A DNA stretch of 64,000 nucleotides from a candidate division FCPU426 bacterium (GTDB taxonomy: Bacteria; Oederibacteriota; PGYV01; Palsa-1178). Position 1 is the first letter of the stretch. Every line of letters starts with the position of its first letter. Below the pieces are notes generated by a model that was given only the letters and a program-made list of their open reading frames with translations, ran no database searches and was not told the origin of the DNA. The stretch is from assembly GCA_963840035.1 (NCBI GenBank), contig CAWIXE010000002.1, forward strand, positions 1,408,001 through 1,472,000. Direction: 5' to 3'. The position numbers were made by a program, and so were the translations under genes. This document shows, in pieces, positions 10,642 to 20,594 of this stretch.

Positions 10642-12022
10642 TTATCTTCCATTACCCTGCTTATTTTCATTATTTTTCATCTCATCCTGGTTCTTTTCAT
10701 TATCACCGGTCTCTTTTGTCTTATTCCTGTCTTTTTGGTTTTCTTTTTCATTTTTTTGTTCATCTTTGCCGTTGTTATTCTTGTCTGAAGAATCAGCGGT
10801 ATTGACCTCCGCTTCAGCTGTAACTGTATTCTTATCCGGTTCCGTATTTAAGTTTTTACCTGAAACAACCGCCTTACCCTTTATTTTCACCCCCTGCTTT
10901 AACTGCCCAAGGTGCTTGCCATTATTGGATTTTTCCTTAACCTGTACTTTATTATCCTTTTCTTCCCCATTTGCCTTTACGGTTTCTACCGCAGTGGCAG
11001 CAGGCACAGGCGGCACCGGTGTAGGAGCTACAGTAGCCTGAACTGCCTCTGCATGCTCACCGTGTCCGTCTTTACCGCGATTTTCACGCTGCGTCGCCTC
11101 CGGTGTAGGCTGCACTTGAGTTGGCGCTAAAGTCGCCTGAACTGACTCCCCGTGTTCGCCACGTCCGTCTTTGCCGTGATTGTCATGCTTGCACAGCCAC
11201 AGGTGTCGGTGGTACAGGAGTTGGAGGTACAGGAGTCGGCGGTACAGGCGTTGGCCTTACCTCGGCGTGTTCATCATTATTCTGCCTGTTTTGTCCGTTT
11301 GCATCATTTCCCTGATATTGGTTATTATTCCCATTCCCTCTGTTATCATTTGGATTCCTGTCATTTCCCTGGGGCCTGGCATATTCCGGGCCATCTTCGG
11401 ATTCTATATATGACCAGTGTTTTTCCCTGGCATAATTAGGCTGGTTTTTTGACTGATAATAAACCTCCACCTTATCCTTGCGGTAATAAGTTTCCTCTTC
11501 CATGCCGCCTTCCGGAAGGAACATTTTCCATGAGCCATTTCTTTTTCCTGAATTATAGTTGCCGTGCACTTTTATCCTTCCGTTCCTGTAATATTCCATG
11601 AAGCTGCCGCTTCTTAAACTATTCTTATAATAGATTTCAGCGGCTGTTATGCCGGGTTCGTAAAAAACCTTAACCAGGCCGTTTATCGGTTTTCCCTGTT
11701 TAACAACGCTTCCGTCAGCTTTAAATATCCATACTGCCATCTGCGCGTTTCTTCCGTCATAAAAATAGTACTTTTCAGTATCCGGAACCAGCGTAATATA
11801 ATTGACCGTCTGAACCGAAACTACATTAACGGGCGGGGCCGCCGCTGTCAGCGAAGTTGTGGAAGCGGTCTGGGATGAAACCGTTGAATAATTCGCAGAA
11901 ATAGAGTTCGCAGAAGAAGCATTTCCCGTATAACCCTCATCAGCCACGTAAAAGACGCAGGATGAAAGCATTAACGAACATAAGGCAAGTGCACTTACCG
12001 CCGCAATTTTTTCTGTCTTCAT
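10642..12022 (-). pseudogene. MORN-variant-repeat lipoprotein with Pro/Asn/Lys-rich tail, split by a 1-nt frameshift near 11189 (ORFs 11183-12022 and 10642-11115)
   Basis: Lipobox LSS-C and MORN-like repeats. The alternate frame after the stop reads HDNHGKDGRGEHGESVQATLAPT, repeating RENRGKDGHGEHAEAVQATVAPT in the downstream ORF. Confidence 0.75.
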
Positions 12023-12054
12023 TGTTACACCTCCGGAATTTTAGTCACAACATT

Positions 12055-12084
12055 TTGACGCCACCCGCGTTTAAAAGGATTACA
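12055..12084 (-). promoter_or_regulatory. Putative ECF-sigma promoter
   Basis: TGTAATC-N17-CGTCAA upstream of the 12022 start; the same architecture occurs at 45040-45069. Confidence 0.55.
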
Positions 12085-12156
12085 TCCATTTTACTATAAA
12101 GTAAGGACTTTTTAAAGGGCATTCTGAATTCCGAATTGTGGATTTCACTAAAAACG

Positions 12157-12191
12157 AAAAAGCCCGGATAGCGTAAGCTATCCGGGCTTTT
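12157..12191 (-). terminator. Intrinsic terminator after rplS
   Basis: aaaagcccggatagc-gtaa-gctatccgggctttt perfect hairpin. Confidence 0.9.
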
Positions 12192-12232
12192 ATAAATAAT
12201 CCAGAATCTAGAATCCAGAATCTATATCTAAA

Positions 12233-12733
12233 TTACTTCTTTTTACTGACCTTGCCCGCTTTTGCCTTCGCTGCAGCGTGCTCGGCTTTTCTTTCTTCCT
12301 TTGACTTCATCCGCTCGTTTTCCACTTCTTCGGCTTCCTTGTTTATCTCTAAGGAATCCGCGTTTAAGCTTTCCGCTCCGAACTTTTTTGCCTCTTTCTT
12401 GGCTTTCCTTCCGAATGAATCCCTTAAATGATAAAGCTTGGATTTCGAGGAATCTCCCTGCTTTACGACCAGTATGGAGTCAATCATCGGTGAGTGGATG
12501 GGAAAAGTCCTTTCCACGCCGATACCGCCTGCGCCGATCTTCCTGACCGTAATCATCGCGTCAAGGCCCGTTCCTTTTCTGGCAATAAGGACTCCTTCAA
12601 AAGCCTGAATCCTCTCCTTGCCGCCTTCGATGATCTTGGTATTGATCTTAAGCGTGCTGCCGATTGCCAGCTTGCCTGTGTCCCTGCCTTTTTTCTTGTA
12701 TAATTTTTCCACTACTTCTTTGATGCTGCTCAT
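12233..12733 (-). CDS. rplS: 50S ribosomal protein L19 with Lys/Glu-rich C-terminal extension
   Basis: KERIQAFEGVLIA, TVRKI..GIGVERTFPIHSP motifs; follows trmD. Confidence 0.97.
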   Translation of the reverse strand: MSSIKEVVEKLYKKKGRDTGKLAIGSTLKINTKIIEGGKERIQAFEGVLIARKGTGLDAMITVRKIGAGGIGVERTFPIHSPMIDSILVVKQGDSSKSKLYHLRDSFGRKAKKEAKKFGAESLNADSLEINKEAEEVENERMKSKEERKAEHAAAKAKAGKVSKKK

Positions 12734-12734
12734 T

Positions 12735-13481
12735 TCACTTGCTCCTTTCGTTCTTTATTTCTTCTATTAGTTTTTTGTCTTCTTTTGAAAGCTCAATATT
12801 TTCAAGCAGTTCAGGCCGGTTCTTCATGGTCTTTCTTAAGGCCTGCTTCCTGCGCCACTTTTCTATCTGCTTATGGTTGCCTGACATCAGCTCTTCCGGC
12901 ACATTATGCCCCATAAATTCCCTGGGCCTGGTATAGTGCGGATAATCAAGTATGCCGGTGGTAAAAGACTCGTTTTTTGCCGAATCCGCGTTTCCCAGTA
13001 CGCCGGGCAGAAGCCTGATTACAGCCTCTATTATAACCATAGCGCCGAACTCCCCGCCGCTTAAAACGTAATCCCCGATGCAGATTTCTTCCTCTATATA
13101 ATTCTGCACGCGTTCATCCACGCCTTCGTACCTGCCGCATATGAGGACCAGCCGGTCAAGTTCCGAGTACTCTTCAACTTTTTTTTGCGTCAGTTTGGTT
13201 CCTGCCGCGCTCAAAAGAACAACCCTGCTTTTTTTGCCTTCGCTTTCAGTTTTCAGCTTTAAACTTTCAAGTGCCCTGTAAACCGGCTCTATTTTCATTA
13301 CCATGCCTTCGAGCCCGCCGAAAGGCACATCATCGGTGTTTTTGTGTTTATCAAGTGAAAAATCCCTGATATTCACCGCGTTAAAACTTACAACCCCTTT
13401 TTCCTTCGCTATCTTAATCATGGAAAAATCAAGGGCCTTTTCAAAAACTTCCGGAAAAATCGTAAGTATGTCTATTTCCAT
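12735..13481 (-). CDS. trmD: tRNA (guanine37-N1)-methyltransferase
   Basis: LICGRYEGVDER, IGDYVLSGGE, YPHYTRP motifs. Confidence 0.98.
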   Translation of the reverse strand: MEIDILTIFPEVFEKALDFSMIKIAKEKGVVSFNAVNIRDFSLDKHKNTDDVPFGGLEGMVMKIEPVYRALESLKLKTESEGKKSRVVLLSAAGTKLTQKKVEEYSELDRLVLICGRYEGVDERVQNYIEEEICIGDYVLSGGEFGAMVIIEAVIRLLPGVLGNADSAKNESFTTGILDYPHYTRPREFMGHNVPEELMSGNHKQIEKWRRKQALRKTMKNRPELLENIELSKEDKKLIEEIKNERSK

Positions 13482-13484
13482 GTT

Positions 13485-13727
13485 TTACTCTTCGTCTACT
13501 ATCTCAACCGGTATCTTTTTCTTTATTCCTTTATTTATGGAAGCCATGGATATCAGGCTCCTTATCGCCTTAATGGTCTTTCCTTCCCGTCCGATTATGT
13601 TTTTCGTGTCATTCTTCGAGACGCAGACCGTGTATTTTCTCATAGCCGGTTCATCCATCTCCGTGACGCTGACCTTTTCCTTTTCATTTACCAGGAGCCC
13701 GGCCACATAACACAGAAGTTCTTTCAT
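13485..13727 (-). CDS. khpA: KH-domain RNA-binding protein
   Basis: IIGREGKTIKAIR GxxG motif; position directly after rpsP. Confidence 0.85.
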   Translation of the reverse strand: MKELLCYVAGLLVNEKEKVSVTEMDEPAMRKYTVCVSKNDTKNIIGREGKTIKAIRSLISMASINKGIKKKIPVEIVDEE

Positions 13728-13730
13728 ATC

Positions 13731-14039
13731 TTACTTGCTTGCCTTTTTCTCTTTTTTTACTTTTTTCTTTTTCGGCTTTTTAACTTTAACGGTAGCAACG
13801 ACTCCCTGTAATTTCAATATGGCTTTAATCGTCGGGGAAACCCTGGCTCCTTTGTCAAGCCAGTAAAGCGCCCTGTCATTCTTAAGGTTAATAATTGCCG
13901 GCGTCTTTAACGGATTGTAGTTGCCGAGTTCCTCAATATACAGGCCGCCTTTTGCGGACCTTCTCTCGTCTGCCACGACTATCCTGTAGAAAGCCGCATT
14001 TTCCTTGCCCATTCTTTTTAACCTGATAATTACCGACAC
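13731..14039 (-). CDS. rpsP: 30S ribosomal protein S16
   Basis: IRLKRMG...YRIVVAD.R...G..IEELG.YNP; GTG start with AGGAGG RBS. Confidence 0.98.
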   Translation of the reverse strand: MSVIIRLKRMGKENAAFYRIVVADERRSAKGGLYIEELGNYNPLKTPAIINLKNDRALYWLDKGARVSPTIKAILKLQGVVATVKVKKPKKKKVKKEKKASK

Positions 14040-14125
14040 TGTATTACCTCCTAAAAAATTTTAAATTATATTTTGGTTTAAAATCCTGCAAATCCGCACA
14101 ACTGAAACTCAAACCCATAAAAAAC

Positions 14126-14287
14126 TGGAGCTGATGACCGGAGTCGAACCGGTGACCTACTGATTACGAATCAGTTGCTCTTGGATGCCCTTGCGAGCTT
14201 CAGCGAGCAAATATTAGATCAACGGCCCATCTACTTCTCATCCTGTCAGCCAGTCCTATCGGCTGACACCGGCTGAGCTACATCAGT
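14126..14287 (-). pseudogene. Second tRNA-Thr(CGT) copy interrupted by an 86-bp insert in the D loop (after nt 20)
   Basis: 14126-14181 is identical to the 3' 56 nt of the intact tRNA; 14268-14287 matches its 5' 20 nt with 2 substitutions; insert at 14182-14267. Confidence 0.85.
14182..14267. mobile_element. Structured 86-bp insertion element, copy 1
   Basis: Shares an identical 26-nt core ttgcgagcttcagcgagcaaatatta and a gtcag..ctgac terminal hairpin with 14569-14653. Confidence 0.7.
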
Positions 14288-14305
14288 GCTCTGAATTAAA
14301 ATGTA

Positions 14306-14381
<76 letters not shown>

Positions 14382-14434
14382 CCTCAACGGTCATCTATTA
14401 TATACCTTTTTCTTTTTAAAGAACTAAATCTATA

Positions 14435-14510
14435 TGGTGCCGAGAGACGGATTTGAACCGCCGACGCACAGATTTTCAGTCTGTCGCTCTACCGACTGAG
14501 CTATCTCGGC
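14435..14510 (-). tRNA. tRNA-Phe (GAA)
   Basis: 76-nt cloverleaf GCCGAGATAGCTCAGTCGGTAGAGC...CTGAAAA loop...GGTTCAAATCC...CCA. Confidence 0.97.
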
Positions 14511-14557
14511 ACCTATTCGGTATCAGTACATTCGTAGCCAACTATCGCCTTCTAGTC

Positions 14558-14661
14558 CCGACTGAGCTAAGGCGCCATTGCGAGCTTCAGCGAGCAAATA
14601 TTAAATCAATAATCCCTCTACCTCTCGCCTTGTCAGATGCTACTGCATCTGACATCTCGGC
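14558..14661 (-). pseudogene. tRNA-Phe 5' fragment (nt 1-19) interrupted after nt 8 by an 85-bp insert
   Basis: Sense strand GCCGAGAT[insert]AGCTCAGTCGG is identical to the 5' end of the adjacent tRNA-Phe; the remainder is degenerate. Confidence 0.75.
14569..14653. mobile_element. Structured 85-bp insertion element, copy 2
   Basis: Colinear with copy 1, with compensatory changes in the stems. Confidence 0.7.
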
Positions 14662-14749
14662 ACAACGAGGCAAAAATAATATATAAATATAAACAAAATA
14701 TGGAAAACAGCAAAGCAAAGCAACACCATTTTCCTAAAAACGAATTACA

Positions 14750-14778
14750 AGTATAATAAATATAGGGGTTTATGTCAA
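14750..14778 (-). promoter_or_regulatory. Sigma70 promoter for the tRNA/rpsP unit
   Basis: TTGACA-N17-TATACT on the minus strand. Confidence 0.8.
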
Positions 14779-14862
14779 CACGAAATTTACTATTATATAG
14801 GTATAACGCATGGTTTTTCTGTGCCTTAAAACCCGCCCATCAGTGTTAAAACAGAGGGTTTT

Positions 14863-15885
14863 TTACCATTTATCCCTGTTTTTTATGGCATTTCTACCGG
14901 TTATCCTGGCTTTAAGGAAAGTATACCCGTATATAAACAGTGTTACCCAGCAAACAAAAGGATGAAATATCCATACCCATTCAGGTTTTCTTATAAATCC
15001 CTTTACAGCCTGCCATATGAGCGGAAATACAAGGACGCAATAAAGGGTAAAAAGTATTATACCCCGGGCAGGAAAACTCGACCACGGATAAGACCGCTGT
15101 TTTTCTTTTGCAAAAAAAAGAAAATCGTTTATCCTGCGGCTTTGTTTTTTTATAAACGATGAAAAATCAGGCGAATATATATGCACTATCCCTGTCTTTA
15201 CCTTTACAAATTTATTTATACCCGTTTTTATTATTTCATATACAACGTCTATGTCAAACATATAGGGGCTGTATCTGGTCCTTTTAACAAGATCTTTTTT
15301 CAGAAAGGTCCCGTTGGCGCCGATAGTAGGGATGGTCTTTTCATCAAGGTTTATAACTATGTTTCCGCCGGATTCTTCCGTTTTCAGTTTCATTCCGGTC
15401 CACTTCCCCGTTATGTAACTGTACTTGTCATAGTTCCCGACAAAAAGGCACAGCGGGTCATTTATGCCGGACATGGCAAAGTACCTTGTAAGCGGCTTAT
15501 CTTGCTTCCTGTACTCAAAGTATAACGGCTCTGTCCCCATAATGTCAGGCATCTCTTCAAACGGCTTCATCATTTTGCTGATATAAGACTTATCATGCAT
15601 AATATTGTCACTGTCAACGAGCCCCACAATCGCGCCTTTGGCATTGTCAATCCCGACGGTTTTTCCGGCTTCGCCTGTCCGCAGCGGATTTGGAAATATC
15701 TTTATATCGAGCCTGTCTTTATACGAATTGATGATTTCAATGGTGTTATCCTTTGATCCGGCATCGGCTATAATAACCTCAAATGAGTCTTTCGGATAAT
15801 CCTGCGCGCAGACAGAATCAAGGCACAGGCCAATTACCCTGCCGGAATTATATGTGGGCGTAATTATCGAAAGATATAATGCCAA
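14863..15885 (-). CDS. Glycosyltransferase family 2 with C-terminal TM helices
   Basis: SIITPTYNS, IIADAGSKD, VDSD motifs. Confidence 0.9.
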   Translation of the reverse strand: MALYLSIITPTYNSGRVIGLCLDSVCAQDYPKDSFEVIIADAGSKDNTIEIINSYKDRLDIKIFPNPLRTGEAGKTVGIDNAKGAIVGLVDSDNIMHDKSYISKMMKPFEEMPDIMGTEPLYFEYRKQDKPLTRYFAMSGINDPLCLFVGNYDKYSYITGKWTGMKLKTEESGGNIVINLDEKTIPTIGANGTFLKKDLVKRTRYSPYMFDIDVVYEIIKTGINKFVKVKTGIVHIYSPDFSSFIKKQSRRINDFLFFAKEKQRSYPWSSFPARGIILFTLYCVLVFPLIWQAVKGFIRKPEWVWIFHPFVCWVTLFIYGYTFLKARITGRNAIKNRDKW

Positions 15886-15903
15886 TTATTCCTCCACAAC
15901 CTT

Positions 15904-17211
15904 TTATTTTGAAGAGATATATTCCCTTGCTGCGCCCGCAATAGCATTCATCACTTCCCTGAACTTTTCCATATCCGGTTCCAGCAATGTCACCCTGAAC
16001 CCGTTCAGATCAGAATTAAAACCGGAAGAGAGCGGGACTATGCATATCCCATTTGAAGCAAGCAGATGATAAACAAACCTTTTATCAAATTTGTCCGTAT
16101 TAAGCAGCGGCTTGATGATATCACCCGCCGCGCTGTTCATGGGTTTTAGCGACTGCCCATCCTTCAGCACTCCGTCTCTAAACAGCACAGTCATATAAAA
16201 AGCGCCGAAAGCCTTGTTGACCTTTAATCCGGCCACACCGGAAAATATATCATACGCTTCCTGCGACTTTTTCCAGTACAAATTGTTCCTCTCAGCAAGG
16301 TACGGGTAATACCTTGGGTCCCCCATTACTTTCGGGAGCACTGCCTGCGGCAGCGTCGTGGAGCACACTTCAAGCATTTTAGCGTCCACAATTGTCTTGG
16401 CATACCTGGCGAATTTGGCGTCCTTATCGGCATTATAAAATTCCACCCAGCCGCATCTCGACCCCGGCCACGGGAACTCCTTTGAAATACCGCGCATGGC
16501 AAGCCCCGGCACATCGCCTATCACAGAAGCAAGTTTTTTATGGACGGCCCCGCCGTAAAAAAGATTGGAGTATATCTCGTCAGAAATCAGGAACAGGTCG
16601 AATTCCTTAGCGATATCGACAACCTTTTTAATCACGTCCTGCGAGTATACCATGCCGGTTGGATTGTCAGGATTGACAATAAGCACAGCACTTATTTCCG
16701 GGTTATTTTTTATTTTGTCGCGCATATCCAAAAGGTCCGGATACCAGTTATTGTCAGGGTTAAGATTATATGTGATATGATGCGACCCGGCGTGCGCGGC
16801 TTCAGCGGATGAATGTGTTGAATATGCGGGATTTGGACCGATAACGCGGGAATTCCTGTTGAGGTAATTATATACCGTGGCTATTGCATCGCCCAACCCG
16901 TTAAAAAAAAGTATATCGTCCGGGGTTATCTGCGCGCCGCCCTCGAGATTTCGTTCTTTTGCTATGTATTCACGCGTGGCAAGCAGCCCCTTTGTGGGCG
17001 AGTATCCATAGCTTGAATTGTCATTTTTTACGGTATCAGCGACAATATCCTTTATCCACTGCGGCACTTTCTCGCCTTTTGCCACCGGATCCCCGATGTT
17101 TTCCCATATTATGGGAACACCTGTTTTTGCTATCTTATTGCCGACCTCGACTATTTCCCGTATCTCATATATCAGTTCATCAGCGCCCGGGTGTATTATG
17201 TTGTTTCTCAT
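15904..17211 (-). CDS. PLP-dependent aminotransferase class I/II
   Basis: NIGDP, NPDNPTG, SDEIY, ISKEFPWPGSRCGW motifs. Confidence 0.92.
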   Translation of the reverse strand: MRNNIIHPGADELIYEIREIVEVGNKIAKTGVPIIWENIGDPVAKGEKVPQWIKDIVADTVKNDNSSYGYSPTKGLLATREYIAKERNLEGGAQITPDDILFFNGLGDAIATVYNYLNRNSRVIGPNPAYSTHSSAEAAHAGSHHITYNLNPDNNWYPDLLDMRDKIKNNPEISAVLIVNPDNPTGMVYSQDVIKKVVDIAKEFDLFLISDEIYSNLFYGGAVHKKLASVIGDVPGLAMRGISKEFPWPGSRCGWVEFYNADKDAKFARYAKTIVDAKMLEVCSTTLPQAVLPKVMGDPRYYPYLAERNNLYWKKSQEAYDIFSGVAGLKVNKAFGAFYMTVLFRDGVLKDGQSLKPMNSAAGDIIKPLLNTDKFDKRFVYHLLASNGICIVPLSSGFNSDLNGFRVTLLEPDMEKFREVMNAIAGAAREYISSK

Positions 17212-17266
17212 ACGTTTCTTCCTTTTTGTTTTATTTCAATCCGCAATCCGCATTCCGAATTCCGCA

Positions 17267-18715
17267 TTATTTCTTATCCCTCTTAAAATCAAGTATGTGC
17301 CCCATGACTGCCTGGCCCGCCTTAAACAGGAACGTGAAATCTTCCCATGACCTTATCTGCATTACCTGTCTGGCCATAAACTTCGGGGTCATGAAGGACT
17401 TATAAATATCATCGCATATCTTCATGACATCCGCAGGCTCCATATCCGGAAATTTAAAGACAGGCCTAGTCATGTCAAACTTTTCCCATTCACCCGGATT
17501 GAACCTGAGCCAGTTATTTTCAACCGCCTGTGTATACAGCGGCGTTCCGGGATAAGCTATCACAACTGTTGCCTGCAGCATGTCCGCCAGGCCTTTATCC
17601 AGAAGCTTTTTTGCCATCTCATACGTACGCATGGCGTCATCTCTTGTCTCCCACGGATAACCTACCATGATGGTAAGGTGTACGCCTATGCCCGCGTCCT
17701 TTGCTATTTTGCATCCTTTTTCAATGTCCTCAACTTTTGTACCCTTGCACAGCCTGTCAAGCGTCGCCTGGTTCGCGGATTCCAGACCAAATTTTAACAA
17801 CCTGAATCCGGCCTTTTTCATAAGCGGCGCTATGGATTCATTGATATAGTCAAACCTGAAATTTCCCATAAGCTTCATGTCATAGTTGCGCTCTATCATG
17901 CCGTTACAGAATTTCTTGAGCCACTCCCCGCGCGGAAAAGTTCCTGTGTCGTCAAATATCTCCCTTATGCCATAACGCTTCACCAGCATGTCTATCTCAG
18001 CAAGCAGGCTCTCAGGCGTCCTGGTCCTGAAAGTGGGAAAAAGCGTTGTCCAGGAACAAAAAGTACATTTTGCCCACGGGCAGTCCCTTCCCACCATGGT
18101 ATATGTATAAGGAGAGCGTTTAAAAAATTTCTCGCCGTACAGTTTCCACTTTGTAAGGTCCCTGTCTATAAACGGCAGTATATTAAGGTCATGATCGAGC
18201 TTGAACTTTCCCGTATTTTTAACCTCGCCGTTTTCCCTGTACCATATTCCCGGCTCTAGCGGTTTTTTGCCTTCAATAAATTCAACAATGTTCAGGAGAA
18301 GAAAATCATAATCCCCGCCGGTAAGCGCAAAATCAACTTTAGAGCTTGTCATGGTCTCTGCCGGCATGGCTGTCACATGGTCGCCCATGAGCACTATCCT
18401 GGTTCCCGGCAGGAGCTGTTTTACCTTTTCCACTATCTGCCAGTGCTGTTTTACGACAGGTGTCTTGGTCTCATACGCTATGACATCGGGTTTTTCGGTT
18501 AAAAGGAATTTTTCATACTGTTCCCACGTAAGCCCTTCCGCGATTGAATCGTTGTATATGGAATCATATCCCCTTTCTTTCATCAGCGTGGCGGCTGATG
18601 CCGGCACCATTGGATATATAAATGAAGGGTTTGTAAACCACTGAAATTGCCTGTTCTGGCCGAGCGTGGCTGTTCCATCGCCCACTAAGGGCGGATAAGA
18701 TACCATTACTTTCAT
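17267..18715 (-). CDS. B12-binding-domain radical SAM protein
   Basis: N-terminal B12-binding-like domain; RDCPWAKCTFC cluster motif; FGLESANQ, GYPWET, YPGTPLY. Confidence 0.9.
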   Translation of the reverse strand: MKVMVSYPPLVGDGTATLGQNRQFQWFTNPSFIYPMVPASAATLMKERGYDSIYNDSIAEGLTWEQYEKFLLTEKPDVIAYETKTPVVKQHWQIVEKVKQLLPGTRIVLMGDHVTAMPAETMTSSKVDFALTGGDYDFLLLNIVEFIEGKKPLEPGIWYRENGEVKNTGKFKLDHDLNILPFIDRDLTKWKLYGEKFFKRSPYTYTMVGRDCPWAKCTFCSWTTLFPTFRTRTPESLLAEIDMLVKRYGIREIFDDTGTFPRGEWLKKFCNGMIERNYDMKLMGNFRFDYINESIAPLMKKAGFRLLKFGLESANQATLDRLCKGTKVEDIEKGCKIAKDAGIGVHLTIMVGYPWETRDDAMRTYEMAKKLLDKGLADMLQATVVIAYPGTPLYTQAVENNWLRFNPGEWEKFDMTRPVFKFPDMEPADVMKICDDIYKSFMTPKFMARQVMQIRSWEDFTFLFKAGQAVMGHILDFKRDKK

Positions 18716-18765
18716 CAGGTAACTCCTTTAAATTTTTTAAGCCGGAAGTAAAGCCTTTGCGCCGG

Positions 18766-19752
18766 CTATTTTTTTATTTCTTCTTCCTTCAATTTTGCGG
18801 AAAACAAGCCTTTTAAAAAATAAACCCCATAATACAAATGCGTGACAAATATTCCGATCATGGTCATTATACCATAACCAATGGTCCTGGTCCTGATCGC
18901 ATCGGCAAATAAAAGGAAAACATACAGTTCAAGGGGCAGTGCCCACAATCCAAAAATGGCATGGTTAAAAAAGACGGGGTATGAAAAGCTGATTAGGTAC
19001 GCCACAAAAACCGTCGGAATAAAATATGACGGACGAAGGGACGTTTCAGGAAACCTCTTTACGAAGTAGCCCCTGTGCAGAGCGTAATTTTTGACCTGAT
19101 GTATATGGCCTTTAAAAAAATTCCTCCTGTGATGATAGACAAAAACACCGGGATCGTAGGCAATCTTCAGTTTCAGGTCCCTGACAATCTTTAAGCATAT
19201 GACTGTATCTTCACCCGGCCAGAACTCCGTATTAAAACCGCCTATTTTGCCGATAACATCCCTGCGTATTATCAGGTTGCATGAAGGATAATCGTCCACA
19301 AAACGTTTTTTATCCGCGACGTATCTGTATCTGTATCCGCCTCCGCCAAGGAATGATTCATATATAAACCCGCTGACTTTCTGCAAGAAACCGTCATGGG
19401 ACGGAGTCGCCGCCGGTCCGCCTACCGCGCCTATAATCTTATCCGACTCGAATATTTCCACCGCTTTTTTAAGCCATCCCTTTTCAGGGTAAACATCGTC
19501 ATCAATGAACGCCACTATCTCAGCCTTTGACATCCTGATTCCGATATCCCTTTTCTCCCCGGGATAAATATGGCCGGTCGGTTTGATCTTAAGCTTAAAC
19601 TTGAATTTTCCCGCGATCTTGCCCGGCTTATCAGGAAGGACGATTACCTCAACTTTTTTAAGGTCATAATCAAGTTTATTTATATACGGCAATGATTCAC
19701 GTATGTAGTCGTTTATCTCTTTAACTGGTATTATTATGCTTACTGTCTTCAA
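18766..19752 (-). CDS. Glycosyltransferase family 2
   Basis: VSIIIPV, AFIDDD, IGGF...GED motifs; C-terminal TM segments. Confidence 0.9.
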   Translation of the reverse strand: MKTVSIIIPVKEINDYIRESLPYINKLDYDLKKVEVIVLPDKPGKIAGKFKFKLKIKPTGHIYPGEKRDIGIRMSKAEIVAFIDDDVYPEKGWLKKAVEIFESDKIIGAVGGPAATPSHDGFLQKVSGFIYESFLGGGGYRYRYVADKKRFVDDYPSCNLIIRRDVIGKIGGFNTEFWPGEDTVICLKIVRDLKLKIAYDPGVFVYHHRRNFFKGHIHQVKNYALHRGYFVKRFPETSLRPSYFIPTVFVAYLISFSYPVFFNHAIFGLWALPLELYVFLLFADAIRTRTIGYGIMTMIGIFVTHLYYGVYFLKGLFSAKLKEEEIKK

Positions 19753-19774
19753 AATTATCTCCTTATCACTGTTA

Positions 19775-19862
19775 ACTCAAATCTCAAAAGTCAAAAGTGT
19801 TTCGTAAAATATAGCCGGGACCGGTGTCAAAGGTTCACTTTTGAGCTTTGACTTTTGACTTT
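19775..19862. repeat. Inverted heptamer-repeat hairpin (tcaaaag / cttttga)
   Basis: ctcaaatctcaaaagtcaaaagtg ... cacttttgagctttgacttttgac. Confidence 0.8.
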
Positions 19863-20594
19863 TTACTTCACCCGGTCGTAATAGTGCAGTATATGCAGCC
19901 TGTAAAATATGGCAATCGTATCCCATAACATCTTAAAGACTATTTTAGGCGTAATATTGCCATATTTTCCCTTGTAATCGACCACAACCGGCGCTTCAGA
20001 TATCTTATAGCCGTTATGATGCGCCAGAATCAAAAGCTCAAGGTCAAAGGCAAACCGTTTTAAGAGCATCCTGTGGAATGTTTTTTTAAGCACTTCAGCT
20101 TTAAAAATTTTAATTCCTGTCTGCGTATCGCGCAGCGGAAGGCCAAAGAGTATTTTTACAATAAAGAAATAACCCGCTGAAAGCACTTTTCTGCCCGCAG
20201 GATAGTTCAACACTGACTTGGGGTGTCTTTTCGAGCCTATTACAACATCCGCCTTTTCATCTTCCATAACTTTAAACAATTCCTCAAACTGCTTAGGGTG
20301 TATGTCCAGGTCCCCGTCCAGGAACATAACAAGGTCTCCGCTGCTGTGATTAAATGCCGAACGCAGCGCCTCGCCCTTGCCTTCATTTTTAGGCAGTTGA
20401 TACACCTTAATATGCTCTTTCTGGGCTTTGGACGCCTTATCAAAGGTAGAGTCCTTTGAACCGTCATCCATGACTATAATCTCGTATGAAAAGCCCTTCT
20501 TTTTGAAAAACTCATCCGTCTCAAGGATGTTCTTTGCGGCCCAGAGTTCCTCGTTATACATGGGCATTAAAACCGATAATTTCTTAAACGGCAT
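19863..20594 (-). CDS. Polyprenol-phosphate glycosyltransferase (DPM/DPG-synthase-like GT2)
   Basis: PMYNEE, DDGSKD, NEGKGEA, LDGDLD, DTQTGIK, FAFDLE motifs. Confidence 0.9.
   Translation of the reverse strand: MPFKKLSVLMPMYNEELWAAKNILETDEFFKKKGFSYEIIVMDDGSKDSTFDKASKAQKEHIKVYQLPKNEGKGEALRSAFNHSSGDLVMFLDGDLDIHPKQFEELFKVMEDEKADVVIGSKRHPKSVLNYPAGRKVLSAGYFFIVKILFGLPLRDTQTGIKIFKAEVLKKTFHRMLLKRFAFDLELLILAHHNGYKISEAPVVVDYKGKYGNITPKIVFKMLWDTIAIFYRLHILHYYDRVK

Noticed and set aside
14182..14267. Group I/II intron or hammerhead identity for the tRNA insert
   Set aside because: Too short; no GUGYG...AY ends and no CUGANGA/GAAA core.
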